Shown here: positions 21,768-30,765 of the stretch, piece by piece
Position numbering within the stretch: position 1 is the first letter of the stretch
Layout: the number at the start of each line of letters is the position of its first letter
Assembly (NCBI GenBank): GCA_000990325.1
Contig: LBPS01000008.1
Coordinates: forward strand, 97-64,096
Source of the DNA: Candidatus Nomurabacteria bacterium GW2011_GWE2_34_25
GTDB lineage: Bacteria; Patescibacteriota; Minisyncoccia; Phycocordibacterales; UBA9973
Reading direction: 5' to 3'
DNA length: 64,000 nucleotides
The notes under the pieces: model-generated
Seen by the model: the letters and a program-made list of their open reading frames with translations, nothing else
The model's database searches: none
Told to the model about the DNA's origin: nothing
Program-made: the position numbers and the translations under genes

Positions 21768-23465
21768 ATGCAAAGTGAAATTAAAATTTGTCAAAACTGT
21801 AAAAATGATTTCACTATAGATCCTGAGGATTTTTTATTTTATGAGAAAATAAAAGTTCCTCCACCAACCTTTTGTCCACATTGTCGGTTTGTACGACGAT
21901 TAATATGGAAAAACGAACGGTCTTTATATAAAAGAAAATGTGATATGTGCCAAGAAAGTATTATTTCAATGTATAATGAAAAAGTAGCTTTTTATGTATA
22001 TTGTTCTTCTTGTTACAAAAGTGATAAATGGGAAGCAGGAGAATATGCGCAAAACTATGATTTTAGTAAAGCATTTTTTACACAATGGAAAGAATTGTTT
22101 AATAAAGTTTCAAGGCAGTCACTATGGCAATTTGGTGATTGTATAGATTCAGAATATGCTAATTTTGTATATTTTTCTAAAAATGTATATTTAAGTAGTT
22201 CTATTATAGACGGGTCCGAAGATGTATATTTTTCAAATAACGTTGATGGATCAAAACAAGTAATAGATTCATTTAATGTATTAAAGAGCGAATTAATTTA
22301 TCAAAATATCAGTGGAAATAAAAATTATAATTGTCAATACTCATATTGGTCAACTGGATGTATAGATTGTAATTTCATACTTGATTGTAATAATTGCCAA
22401 GATTGTTTTGGTTGTGTAAATTTACAAAATAAAAGATATTGTATTTGGAATATTCAATATACAAAAGAACAGTATGAAGAGAAGATGAAAGAATTAAATA
22501 CAGGCAAGCACTCTTTTGTTGAAGAGTTTTCAAAAATATTTTGGGAATTTACATTAGAATTTCCAAGGAAACATGCAAGAATTATTAATTCTATTGATTC
22601 TACTGGTGATGAGCTTAGAAATAATAAAAATACCTCAAGTTCTTTTAATGTTTATGATTCTGAAAATCTTAAATATACATACAGATGTGTTCACGCAAAA
22701 GATTCCATGGATATTTGTCATTCATATGCAGAGCACGCGTATGAGCATGCTTTTGCTGGTGCTGAGAACAGTCAGAACATTAAATTTGTTATTACAGGAG
22801 AAGTTGCTTTAAGCATGGTTGAGTATTTAGATGCCTGTAAATCTTCCTCTAATCTCTTCGGTTGCATAGGTCTCAAAAACAAACAGTATTGTATTTTAAA
22901 TAAGCAATATACAAAAGAAGAATACGAAGAAATGATACCAAAAATTAAACAACATATGGATGAAATGCCGTATATAGATAGTAAGGGCAGGGTATATAAG
23001 TATGGAGAATTCTTTCCTTATGAACTATGTCCATTTGGATACAACGAAGCTGTTATAAATGATCATTTTCCATTAACCAAAGAAGAAACAATAGAAAGGG
23101 GATATCCATACAAAGAAAAGATAGATAACAAATATACAATTACTTTAAAAGCCAAAGATATACCAGATGATATAAAAGATGTAGACGATTCTATACTAAA
23201 TGAAGTTATAGAGTGTGAAGCATCAGGTAAAGCATTTAAAATAACTCCATTTGAACTTCAATTTTACAAACGTATGAATATTCCCATCCCTAGACTTCAT
23301 CCAGATGAAAGATACAAGAAACGCTTAGCTCTGAGGAATCCGATGACTCTATATACTCGCACTTGTATGAATGAAGGTTGCACAAATACATTTGAGACTA
23401 CCTATGCTCCAAATAGGCCAGAGATAGTATATTGTAAAGAATGTTACCAGAGGGAAGTGTATTAG
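21768..23465 (+). CDS. Cys-rich repeat / zinc-ribbon hypothetical protein, paralog 2
   Basis: Same termini as paralog 1 (MQSEIKICQNCK ... YAPNRPEIVYCKECYQREVY). Confidence 0.9.
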   Translation: MQSEIKICQNCKNDFTIDPEDFLFYEKIKVPPPTFCPHCRFVRRLIWKNERSLYKRKCDMCQESIISMYNEKVAFYVYCSSCYKSDKWEAGEYAQNYDFSKAFFTQWKELFNKVSRQSLWQFGDCIDSEYANFVYFSKNVYLSSSIIDGSEDVYFSNNVDGSKQVIDSFNVLKSELIYQNISGNKNYNCQYSYWSTGCIDCNFILDCNNCQDCFGCVNLQNKRYCIWNIQYTKEQYEEKMKELNTGKHSFVEEFSKIFWEFTLEFPRKHARIINSIDSTGDELRNNKNTSSSFNVYDSENLKYTYRCVHAKDSMDICHSYAEHAYEHAFAGAENSQNIKFVITGEVALSMVEYLDACKSSSNLFGCIGLKNKQYCILNKQYTKEEYEEMIPKIKQHMDEMPYIDSKGRVYKYGEFFPYELCPFGYNEAVINDHFPLTKEETIERGYPYKEKIDNKYTITLKAKDIPDDIKDVDDSILNEVIECEASGKAFKITPFELQFYKRMNIPIPRLHPDERYKKRLALRNPMTLYTRTCMNEGCTNTFETTYAPNRPEIVYCKECYQREVY

Positions 23466-23489
23466 TAGTTTATTTTATATTATAAATAG

Positions 23490-23519
23490 TATTCTATAAT
23501 TCTATAGAATTATAGAATA
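23490..23519. promoter_or_regulatory. 30-bp perfect palindrome, copy 2
   Basis: tattctataattcta/tagaattatagaata, immediately upstream of the ArsR-like gene. Confidence 0.6.
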
Positions 23520-23531
23520 GAAATAAATATT

Positions 23532-23804
23532 ATGAGAAAAACAAATAGAGAATTAGAAAGAATAGTTAAAGGGTTTGCAAATCACAGAAGAATTGAAATA
23601 TTATTCCTACTAGATAAGAATCCAGATTTGTCTGTTCTTGCGATTTCTGATAGATTGAAGTCTGATTTTAAAAATATTTCAGCTCATATAAGTAAAATGT
23701 ATATTGCGGGACTTTTAGTTAAAAGAAGTATGGGGAATACAGTTTGTCATAAACTTACGAAGCGTGGTAAATCTATTCTACAATTCGTTAGAATTATAGA
23801 ATAG
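23532..23804 (+). CDS. ArsR-family winged helix-turn-helix regulator
   Basis: KGFANHRRIEILFLL ... NISAHISKMYIAGLL pattern, 90 aa. Confidence 0.8.
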   Translation: MRKTNRELERIVKGFANHRRIEILFLLDKNPDLSVLAISDRLKSDFKNISAHISKMYIAGLLVKRSMGNTVCHKLTKRGKSILQFVRIIE

Positions 23805-23808
23805 ATTT
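23769..23808. promoter_or_regulatory. Imperfect palindrome, copy 3, overlapping the 3' end of the ArsR-like gene
   Basis: aaatctattctacaattcgt/tagaattatagaatagattt. Confidence 0.55.
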
Positions 23809-23833
23809 ATTTTAAATTTAAAAAATATATTAG

Positions 23834-25079
23834 ATGAAAGCGATTGATTTTAAAATAGAAAAAAAGTTGGAAGGATTTTTAGGTAGAGCAGGGACTCTGA
23901 CTACACCTCATGGAGTTATAGAGACTCCATCTTTTGTCGTTGTGGGGACGAAGGGGACAGTCAAAGCTATGACTCCCGAACAGCTCAAGGAGATAGGTGT
24001 GCAAGTTACACTTGCCAATACTTACCATCTTTATTTACAACCAGGAAGTGATTTAGTACGTGAGGCAGGAGGCTTACATAAGTTTATGAATTGGCAGGGG
24101 CCCATGATGACAGACTCTGGTGGATTCCAAGTATTTTCTCTTGGTGTGGCTTACGGCAAAGAGCTTTCCAAAGTTGTTTCTGTAAAGGCTTGCAACCATA
24201 GGGAACGACGGAGTTTCTTTCCGATCACACTTAGATGGATCGCTTCATTATATAACTCCAGAGAAGTCTATCGAGATTCAGCACAACTTAGGAGCCGATA
24301 TTATATTTGCTTTTGATGAATGTACCTCGCCGACAGAAAGTGAACGCTATCAAGATGAAGCATTGTCTCGCACTCACTCTTGGGCCAAGAGGAGTTTGGA
24401 GGAGCATAAGAAACGGGAGGAAGCAAAGCAAGAATATGCGAATTCTTCACGCTTTACCCTAGAGGGGCCCTACGCTGATAAGAATTTTCATATTCCTATT
24501 TCGCCTTGGCCCCAGGCTCTCTTTGGCATTGTCCAAGGAGGACGTAGTGAAGAGCTTAGGAAGAAGTCTGCTAAAGTTATAGGAGAAATGGACTTCGATG
24601 GTTTTGGGATTGGTGGATCTTTTGCCAAAGAGGATATGTCGACTGCTGTAAAGTGGGTCAATGAAGTGCTCCCAGAAGACAAACCTCGCCATTTACTAGG
24701 TATCGGTGAACCGGAAGATCTTTTCTCTGGAGTAGAAAACGGGGTTGATCTTTTTGATTGTGTGGCACCCACTCGTATTGCTCGCAACGGAACGATGTTT
24801 ACAAAGAACGGCAAGATAAATATTTTGAATGCTAAGTTTGTAAAAGATTTTAATCCGATAGACGAAGGGTGCAAGTGTAATACTTGTACAAATTATACTC
24901 GTGCATATCTTTCACACCTCTTTCGTGCTAAAGAAATGCTAGGAGCAACTTTGGCTTCTATTCACAATGTCTACTTTATAACCAATCTAGTAAAACAAAT
25001 GCGCGATGCTATACTAAATGATACGTTTCAAGATTTTAAAAATGAATTTTTAAAAAATTATGACAGACAAAGTATTTAA
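23834..25079 (+). CDS. tgt: tRNA-guanine transglycosylase, frameshifted near 24185 (assembly error or pseudogene); contains an in-frame family B element
   Basis: LANTYHL and [11 protein letters not shown] in frame 1; SHLDGS...FDECT, GIVQGG, HLLGIG, DCVAPTR and CKCNTC continue in another frame from 24186. Confidence 0.9.
24423..24504. repeat. Family B palindromic element, in frame inside tgt
   Basis: Inverted arms 24423-24447 / 24480-24504 around core cacgctttaccctagaggggccctacgctgat; encodes [17 protein letters not shown]. Confidence 0.8.
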
Positions 25080-27273
25080 ATTAAAGAGTGGGTACAAGCC
25101 CGATGGCGACCAGCCAAAGGCCATAAAAGAGCTTCTGGAAGGTCTTAAGAAGGGTTTTGATAAACAGACGCTCCTAGGTGCTACTGGTACAGGGAAGACT
25201 TTCACGATAGCCAATGTTATCGAAGAGTGGGGGAAGCCGACCTTGGTCATAGCCCACAACAAGACTCTCGCTGCTCAGCTGGCTCAAGAATTTAGGGAGT
25301 TTTTCCCTGATGCCGCTGTACACTATTTTGTGTCTTATTATGATTACTATCAGCCAGAAGCATACATGCCAGTGACCGATACTTATATAGAGAAAGATGC
25401 TCAGATAAACAAAGAGATAGATAGGCTTCGCCATGCCACTACGCAGTCACTTCTTACACGCAAGGACGTTATTATTGTGGCTTCTGTTTCTTGTATTTAT
25501 GGTCTTGGAAGTCCAGAAGAATACGAGAAGGTAAATTTGAAACTTGAAATTGGATCCAAGATTGGAAGGACAGAATTAATGCGAAAGTTACTCGGAGTTC
25601 ATTTTGAAAGAACGAACTCAGACCTTACTCCAGGAACTTTCCGTTCTATTGGAGATAGAGTAGAAGTCATGCCTATATCGGAGACTTTTGTATATCAAAT
25701 AGAATTTGTAGGAGGTGCTATTTCTAAAATTTTAAAAGTAGACCCTGTGTCTGCCCATGTTCTGAAAGAAGAGAGTGGTATTTTCCTTTTTCCAGCCAAG
25801 CACTTTATTACCGAGACAGAGAAAGTAAAAGTGGCATTAAAGAATATTAAACTTGAGCTTACACAACAATTAAAAAAGTTTGAGAAGGAAGGCAAGCTTC
25901 TGGAGGCAGAAAGGATAAAGAGAAGAACCAATTATGATTTAGCAATGATCAAGGAAGTTGGATATTGTAGTGGTATCGAGAATTATAGTAGACAGCTTTC
26001 TGGCAAGAAGGAAGGGGAAGCTCCAGATACACTTCTCTCGTATTTCAAGAGTGATTTCTTAACTATTATCGATGAATCTCATGTGACTCTTCCTCAGCTA
26101 GGTGGTATGTATGCAGGCGATGCTTCTCGCAAGAAGACTCTTGTAGACTTCGGCTTCCGTCTGCCTTCTGCCAAGGACAATAGGCCTCTTAAGTATAATG
26201 AATTTGAAGAAAGAATTGGAGATGTGATATATGTATCAGCAACCCCAAGCGAGACAGAGAGGACAACTAGTGCTCAAGTTGTTGAACAGATTATTCGCCC
26301 AACAGGATTGATAGATCCAGAAATATTGGTAAGACCGGTTTCTGCAACAGAGGCTTCAGAATTTTTGAAAAATAATCGCTTATCCCTACCGAATTCTGAC
26401 AGTAGTCAGAATTCGGCGCGCGTCCACACCTACGATTATTTTTCTAAAAATTCTTTCGCCTCTTATCCTGGCCAAATTGAAGACTTTGTAGAAGAAGCAA
26501 ACCGAGTTATTAAAAAGGGTTTCCGTGCTATTGCTACGACTTTGACCAAGAATATGGCGGAGGACCTAACTTTATTTTTGAAAGAAAAGGGATTCAAAGC
26601 AGAGTACTTACATAGTGATATTAAAACCATAGAGAGAATTCAAATACTTTCTTCTTTTAGAAGAGGGGACTTTGATATTCTTATAGGAGTCAATTTACTC
26701 CGCGAAGGATTAGACTTACCCGAGCTAGCCTTGATAGGAATCTTGGATGCAGACAAGGAAGGTTTCCTTCGTTCGGAAACTTCTCTGATTCAGATTATAG
26801 GAAGAGCTGCTCGAAACGTAGAGGGGAGAGTTGTACTTTATGCTGATCGTATGACCAAGGCCCTAGAGAGTGCCATAGGAGAGACAAATAGAAGAAGAGA
26901 TATCCAGATAGCTTACAACAAGAAGCATGGTATTACTCCCCAGACTATTATAAAAAAGATTAATGATATTACCGAAGAGCTCGAGAACAAGCACGAGAAG
27001 GCGGTGAATGCAGAGCTAGACTTAGATGTAGAATTGTTCAAGAAGACTTTTGTAACAAGTAAAAGTAATAAGGGTAAAGGGGAAAGAGAATCTATCAAGA
27101 ATTTACTTCTTTCAGATGAAGATAGGAACAAATCTATTTATGAAAAAATTATAAAGATAAAAGAGAAGGAAATGAATAAAGCGGTGAAGGAACTAGACTT
27201 CGAAACTGCTGCTATATTACGAGATGAGATTATTATTTTGAATGATAAGTTTTTAAATAAAAATACAAAATAA
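25060..27273 (+). CDS. uvrB: Excinuclease ABC subunit B with an in-frame palindromic insertion
   Basis: GATGTGKT, YYDYYQPEAY, DESH, NLLREGLD, LDFETAAILRD. Confidence 0.98.
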   Translation: MTDKVFKLKSGYKPDGDQPKAIKELLEGLKKGFDKQTLLGATGTGKTFTIANVIEEWGKPTLVIAHNKTLAAQLAQEFREFFPDAAVHYFVSYYDYYQPEAYMPVTDTYIEKDAQINKEIDRLRHATTQSLLTRKDVIIVASVSCIYGLGSPEEYEKVNLKLEIGSKIGRTELMRKLLGVHFERTNSDLTPGTFRSIGDRVEVMPISETFVYQIEFVGGAISKILKVDPVSAHVLKEESGIFLFPAKHFITETEKVKVALKNIKLELTQQLKKFEKEGKLLEAERIKRRTNYDLAMIKEVGYCSGIENYSRQLSGKKEGEAPDTLLSYFKSDFLTIIDESHVTLPQLGGMYAGDASRKKTLVDFGFRLPSAKDNRPLKYNEFEERIGDVIYVSATPSETERTTSAQVVEQIIRPTGLIDPEILVRPVSATEASEFLKNNRLSLPNSDSSQNSARVHTYDYFSKNSFASYPGQIEDFVEEANRVIKKGFRAIATTLTKNMAEDLTLFLKEKGFKAEYLHSDIKTIERIQILSSFRRGDFDILIGVNLLREGLDLPELALIGILDADKEGFLRSETSLIQIIGRAARNVEGRVVLYADRMTKALESAIGETNRRRDIQIAYNKKHGITPQTIIKKINDITEELENKHEKAVNAELDLDVELFKKTFVTSKSNKGKGERESIKNLLLSDEDRNKSIYEKIIKIKEKEMNKAVKELDFETAAILRDEIIILNDKFLNKNTK
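26349..26463. repeat. Family B palindromic element, in frame inside uvrB
   Basis: Arms 26349-26378 / 26433-26463; inner hairpin ccgaattctgac-AGTA-gtcagaattcgg; core shares tcgcttatccct...cggcgcgc...ccacacctac with the reverse strand of 56625-56679. Confidence 0.8.
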
Positions 27274-27364
27274 AAAAGCCACTCCAGTTGTTGGAATGGC
27301 CTTCGTTTTGATTAGACATGTAATGGCGTAACCTGTCTCTTTATTGAGTGAAAAGAATTTTTGT

Positions 27365-27438
27365 AGCCGAAAACGAGGACTCGAACCCGCGACCCCAACC
27401 TTGTCCATGTTGTGCTCTACCAACTGAGCTATTTCGGC
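27365..27438 (-). pseudogene. Degenerate tRNA: Gly(GCC)-like body, anticodon reads GAC
   Basis: GCCGAAATAGCTCAGTTGGTAGAGCACAACATGGACAAGGTTGGGGTCGCGGGTTCGAGTCCTCGTTTTCGGCT; A-G mismatch in the anticodon stem, G at position 33, bulged T-stem. Confidence 0.7.
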
Positions 27439-27577
27439 ATATATTTATTTCAATTCCATATTACTTATTTTGAGATCTTTGTCAAGTCTAAGGTTTTGTG
27501 TTATCATGTTAGTAACTAAATATCAGTATACACCCCCTAAGAACTTTGGGAGGTGTCGTTATGTGTTTAAGTAATTT

Positions 27578-30268
27578 ATGAAAAAAGATACAACAGACAA
27601 AATAATAATAAAAGGGGCTAGAACTCACAATTTGAAGAATATTAGTGTTGAGATGCCGAGGAATAAAATGATAGTTATTACTGGTATGTCTGGCTCTGGT
27701 AAGTCTTCTTTGGCATTCGATACTATATTTGCTGAAGGGCAAAGGCGCTATGTGGAGAGTCTCTCTGCTTATGCTCGCCAATTCTTGAACCAAATGCCGA
27801 AGCCAGATGTCGATGAGATTACTGGTCTTTCTCCAGCTATTTCTATCGACCAGAAGTCTAGGTCGAACAATCCTCGTTCAACAGTTGCAACCATCACAGA
27901 GATATATGACTATCTTCGTGTTCTTTATGCACGTATAGGGCATCCTCATTGCCCCGAGTGTGGCAATGAGATTAAGAAACTTTCCAATGATGAAATACTT
28001 CATTTTGCAATAGATAAGATAAAGAATTTTCAAAAGGATAATAAAAACCCCGTAAAAAAGCAAAGCTTTAACGGGGCGAGGAAAGTATTAGGTGTCGAGT
28101 GGAACGAAGCTCCTGTCTCAATTCTTTCTCCGGTAGTTAGAGGTAGGAAAGGTGAGTACTACCAACTTCTTTATGATTTACTCAACAAAGGTTTTGCCGA
28201 GGTTCGTCTAGATGGACAGATCAAGAAACTAAGAGAGAGGATTGATATTACGAAGACAAAAAAGCACGACATAGAAGTTATAGTAGACACATTCCAAATA
28301 CATGAATTCAAAGACAATGAAAAGGATTCATACTCACGTCTAGCAGAGAGTGTCGAGAGAGCCTTACTTGAATCCGATGGCCTTGTAATTATTAAAATAG
28401 ATGAAGACGAGTACCTTATGTCTTCCAAGTTTTCTTGTGCCAACGATGGTTTCGCTTTTCCTGAGATAGAGCCTAGGCTTTTCTCTTTCAATTCCCCATA
28501 TGGAGCTTGTCCTACTTGTAATGGACTTGGTACGAAGTATTTCGGTGGCACAGAACCTTGTGATGATTGTAAGGGTTTGCGATTACGACCTGAAGCACTT
28601 CATGTATATCTAGGTAAATCCGCTCCGCAGAAGCATAAAAATTCTTCGCGCTTTACCCTAAAGGGCTCCGACGCGGATAAGAATTTTCATGTTTCTGCTC
28701 CGCTAAATATTGTAGACGTTACTAAACTTTCCATTTCAGATGTTGCTGACTTTTTTATTGAACTACAGTTGAACGATCAAGAAAAAGAAATTTCAAAAGT
28801 AGTTATCAAAGAGATCGAGGCACGAATTCAGTTTTTACTAAACGTCGGGCTTGATTATTTATCTCTCGACCGAAAAGCCAATACTCTCTCTGGAGGAGAA
28901 GCGCAGAGAATACGTTTGGCTTCCCAGCTTGGTTCACGACTTGTCGGAGCTTTGTATGTGCTCGATGAACCGACGATAGGTTTACATCAGAGAGACAACG
29001 ACAAGCTTATTAAAACCCTTGAGAATCTTCGTGACTTAGGGAACACTATCATTGTCGTAGAGCACGATGAAGATACTATATATGCATCGGATTATATTGT
29101 AGATATAGGCCCGAAGGCTGGAGTACATGGAGGGCAAGTAATAGTGTCGGATTATTTACAAGATTTACTTGATGCACCAAAGAACGTTTCCAATTCTAGA
29201 ACTTTAGCATATCTTAGAAATGAAGCTAGAATAGAAGTTCCGGAGAAAAGAAGAAATAGCGATAAGGGTAGTATCAAAATAATTGGAGGTAAAATTTTCA
29301 ATATTGATAATCTCAATGCTGAGGTTCCTCTAGGTAAGCTTGTCACTATTACGGGAGTATCAGGAAGTGGGAAGAGTTCTTTCATGTATGAGATTATCCA
29401 CAAGAATCTTCAGGCAAGATATGAAAGGAAGTTTAGAACAGCAAAGATTTTCAACTGCGCATCTTTCACTGGGACGGAGTATGCTTCTCGCGTCGTTCTT
29501 ATCGATCAGTCTCCTATAGGCCGTACTCCTCGCTCCAACTTAGCTACTTACACAGGAGCATTTACTCATATCCGTGATATGTTCGCACTTAGTGAAGAAG
29601 CAAGACTGAAAGGTTGGAAAGCCAATAGATTCTCTTTCAATGTGAAGGGTGGACGCTGTGAGGCTTGTGAAGGGAATGGAGAGGTAGCGGTAGAGATGCA
29701 TTTCTTGCCGACTGTTTACGTCACTTGTGATGTTTGTAATGGTAAAAGATTTGACAAAGAGACTTTGACTGTGAAATATAAAAAGAAAAATATTTATGAA
29801 GTTCTTCAAATGACAGTTGAAGAAGCGATAACTTTCTGGGAAGATATTCCCGCTGTGTACGATCGCATGAAGACGCTTATGGAAGTCGGTCTTGGCTATG
29901 TGAAGCTTGGCCAGTCTGCTACAACTCTTTCGGGTGGAGAAGCACAACGCGTAAAAATTTCTTCAGAATTATTTAGACCGTATGAAGAGAAGACTATTTA
30001 TCTACTAGATGAGCCGACAGTTGGACTTCATTATGATGACGTAGCAAAGTTGCTTGAAGTTTTGAATAGACTTGTGAATAAGGGCAACAGCGTAGTAGTT
30101 ATAGAGCACAATATGGATATTATAAAATGTTCAGATCACATTATAGATATCGGCCCCGAAGGTGGTCTCGGTGGTGGCAAGATTGTAGCAAAGGGAACTC
30201 CTGAAGAAGTTGCTAATAATAAAAATTCACACACTGGTAAATATCTTAAGAAAGTTTTGAAAAAATAG
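27578..30268 (+). CDS. uvrA: Excinuclease ABC subunit A with an in-frame palindromic insertion
   Basis: GARTHNLKNI, two Walker A (GSGKSS) and two LSGGEAQR motifs, Zn fingers. Confidence 0.99.
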   Translation: MKKDTTDKIIIKGARTHNLKNISVEMPRNKMIVITGMSGSGKSSLAFDTIFAEGQRRYVESLSAYARQFLNQMPKPDVDEITGLSPAISIDQKSRSNNPRSTVATITEIYDYLRVLYARIGHPHCPECGNEIKKLSNDEILHFAIDKIKNFQKDNKNPVKKQSFNGARKVLGVEWNEAPVSILSPVVRGRKGEYYQLLYDLLNKGFAEVRLDGQIKKLRERIDITKTKKHDIEVIVDTFQIHEFKDNEKDSYSRLAESVERALLESDGLVIIKIDEDEYLMSSKFSCANDGFAFPEIEPRLFSFNSPYGACPTCNGLGTKYFGGTEPCDDCKGLRLRPEALHVYLGKSAPQKHKNSSRFTLKGSDADKNFHVSAPLNIVDVTKLSISDVADFFIELQLNDQEKEISKVVIKEIEARIQFLLNVGLDYLSLDRKANTLSGGEAQRIRLASQLGSRLVGALYVLDEPTIGLHQRDNDKLIKTLENLRDLGNTIIVVEHDEDTIYASDYIVDIGPKAGVHGGQVIVSDYLQDLLDAPKNVSNSRTLAYLRNEARIEVPEKRRNSDKGSIKIIGGKIFNIDNLNAEVPLGKLVTITGVSGSGKSSFMYEIIHKNLQARYERKFRTAKIFNCASFTGTEYASRVVLIDQSPIGRTPRSNLATYTGAFTHIRDMFALSEEARLKGWKANRFSFNVKGGRCEACEGNGEVAVEMHFLPTVYVTCDVCNGKRFDKETLTVKYKKKNIYEVLQMTVEEAITFWEDIPAVYDRMKTLMEVGLGYVKLGQSATTLSGGEAQRVKISSELFRPYEEKTIYLLDEPTVGLHYDDVAKLLEVLNRLVNKGNSVVVIEHNMDIIKCSDHIIDIGPEGGLGGGKIVAKGTPEEVANNKNSHTGKYLKKVLKK
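28627..28698. repeat. Family B palindromic element, in frame inside uvrA
   Basis: Arms 28627-28646 / 28679-28698, core cgcgctttaccctaaagggctccgacgcggat, gctccgc direct repeats at both edges; encodes NSSRFTLKGSDADKNFH. Confidence 0.82.
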
Positions 30269-30340
30269 CAGGGAAACCTGTCCCGTAGGAAGTAATCTTT
30301 CCTTCGGGATATTTGAAAAAGGTTTTGAGGAGGAAATAAA

Positions 30341-30373
30341 AAAAGAGCATCACTTTGTTGTGATGCTTCTTTT
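30341..30373. terminator. Hairpin with A/T tracts between convergent genes
   Basis: aaaagagcatcac-tttgtt-gtgatgcttctttt. Confidence 0.6.
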
Positions 30374-30383
30374 GATTTTTAAA

Positions 30384-30701
30384 TTAGTTTAGCCAAAGTC
30401 TGTAGGTTGATGTAATTGTTTCAATAAGGTACTCGTCCTCGTTAATTTTTAAGATCGATACAACTGGACTTGTTATTCCAATACCTCTTTTTTGTCTTAG
30501 TGGGTTGGGATTGTCAATTTCTCTGGTTTTTCTGATTGGCATCCCGGGTCTTATTGGAACGTATAAATCTAACTCAATGATTTTACCAACCTTTGTTTTT
30601 GATTTTTTACCTGGTTTAATGCCGAGCTTTTCAATTTTTGCCTTTGATCCAACCTCTCCTAGTTTTTCAAGGTAGCTACCTGAATTTTCATAACTCTCCA
30701 T
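30384..30701 (-). CDS. Hypothetical protein
   Basis: 105-aa ORF with a GGAGGA Shine-Dalgarno upstream; no recognisable motif. Confidence 0.65.
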   Translation of the reverse strand: MESYENSGSYLEKLGEVGSKAKIEKLGIKPGKKSKTKVGKIIELDLYVPIRPGMPIRKTREIDNPNPLRQKRGIGITSPVVSILKINEDEYLIETITSTYRLWLN

Positions 30702-30765
30702 AATTCCTCCGTTTTTAACAATTTAACATTTGTACAATATCTATTTTTAATCTAATATAATATAC

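Noticed and set aside
21708-23808. Repeated palindromes as a CRISPR array
   Set aside because: Copies are separated by whole genes rather than 25-45 nt spacers, and no cas genes are present.
24184-24190. Programmed ribosomal frameshifting in tgt, engB, leuS or the TMEM175-like gene
   Set aside because: No slippery heptamers, and conserved codons are missing at the junctions, so a frameshift would not restore the proteins.
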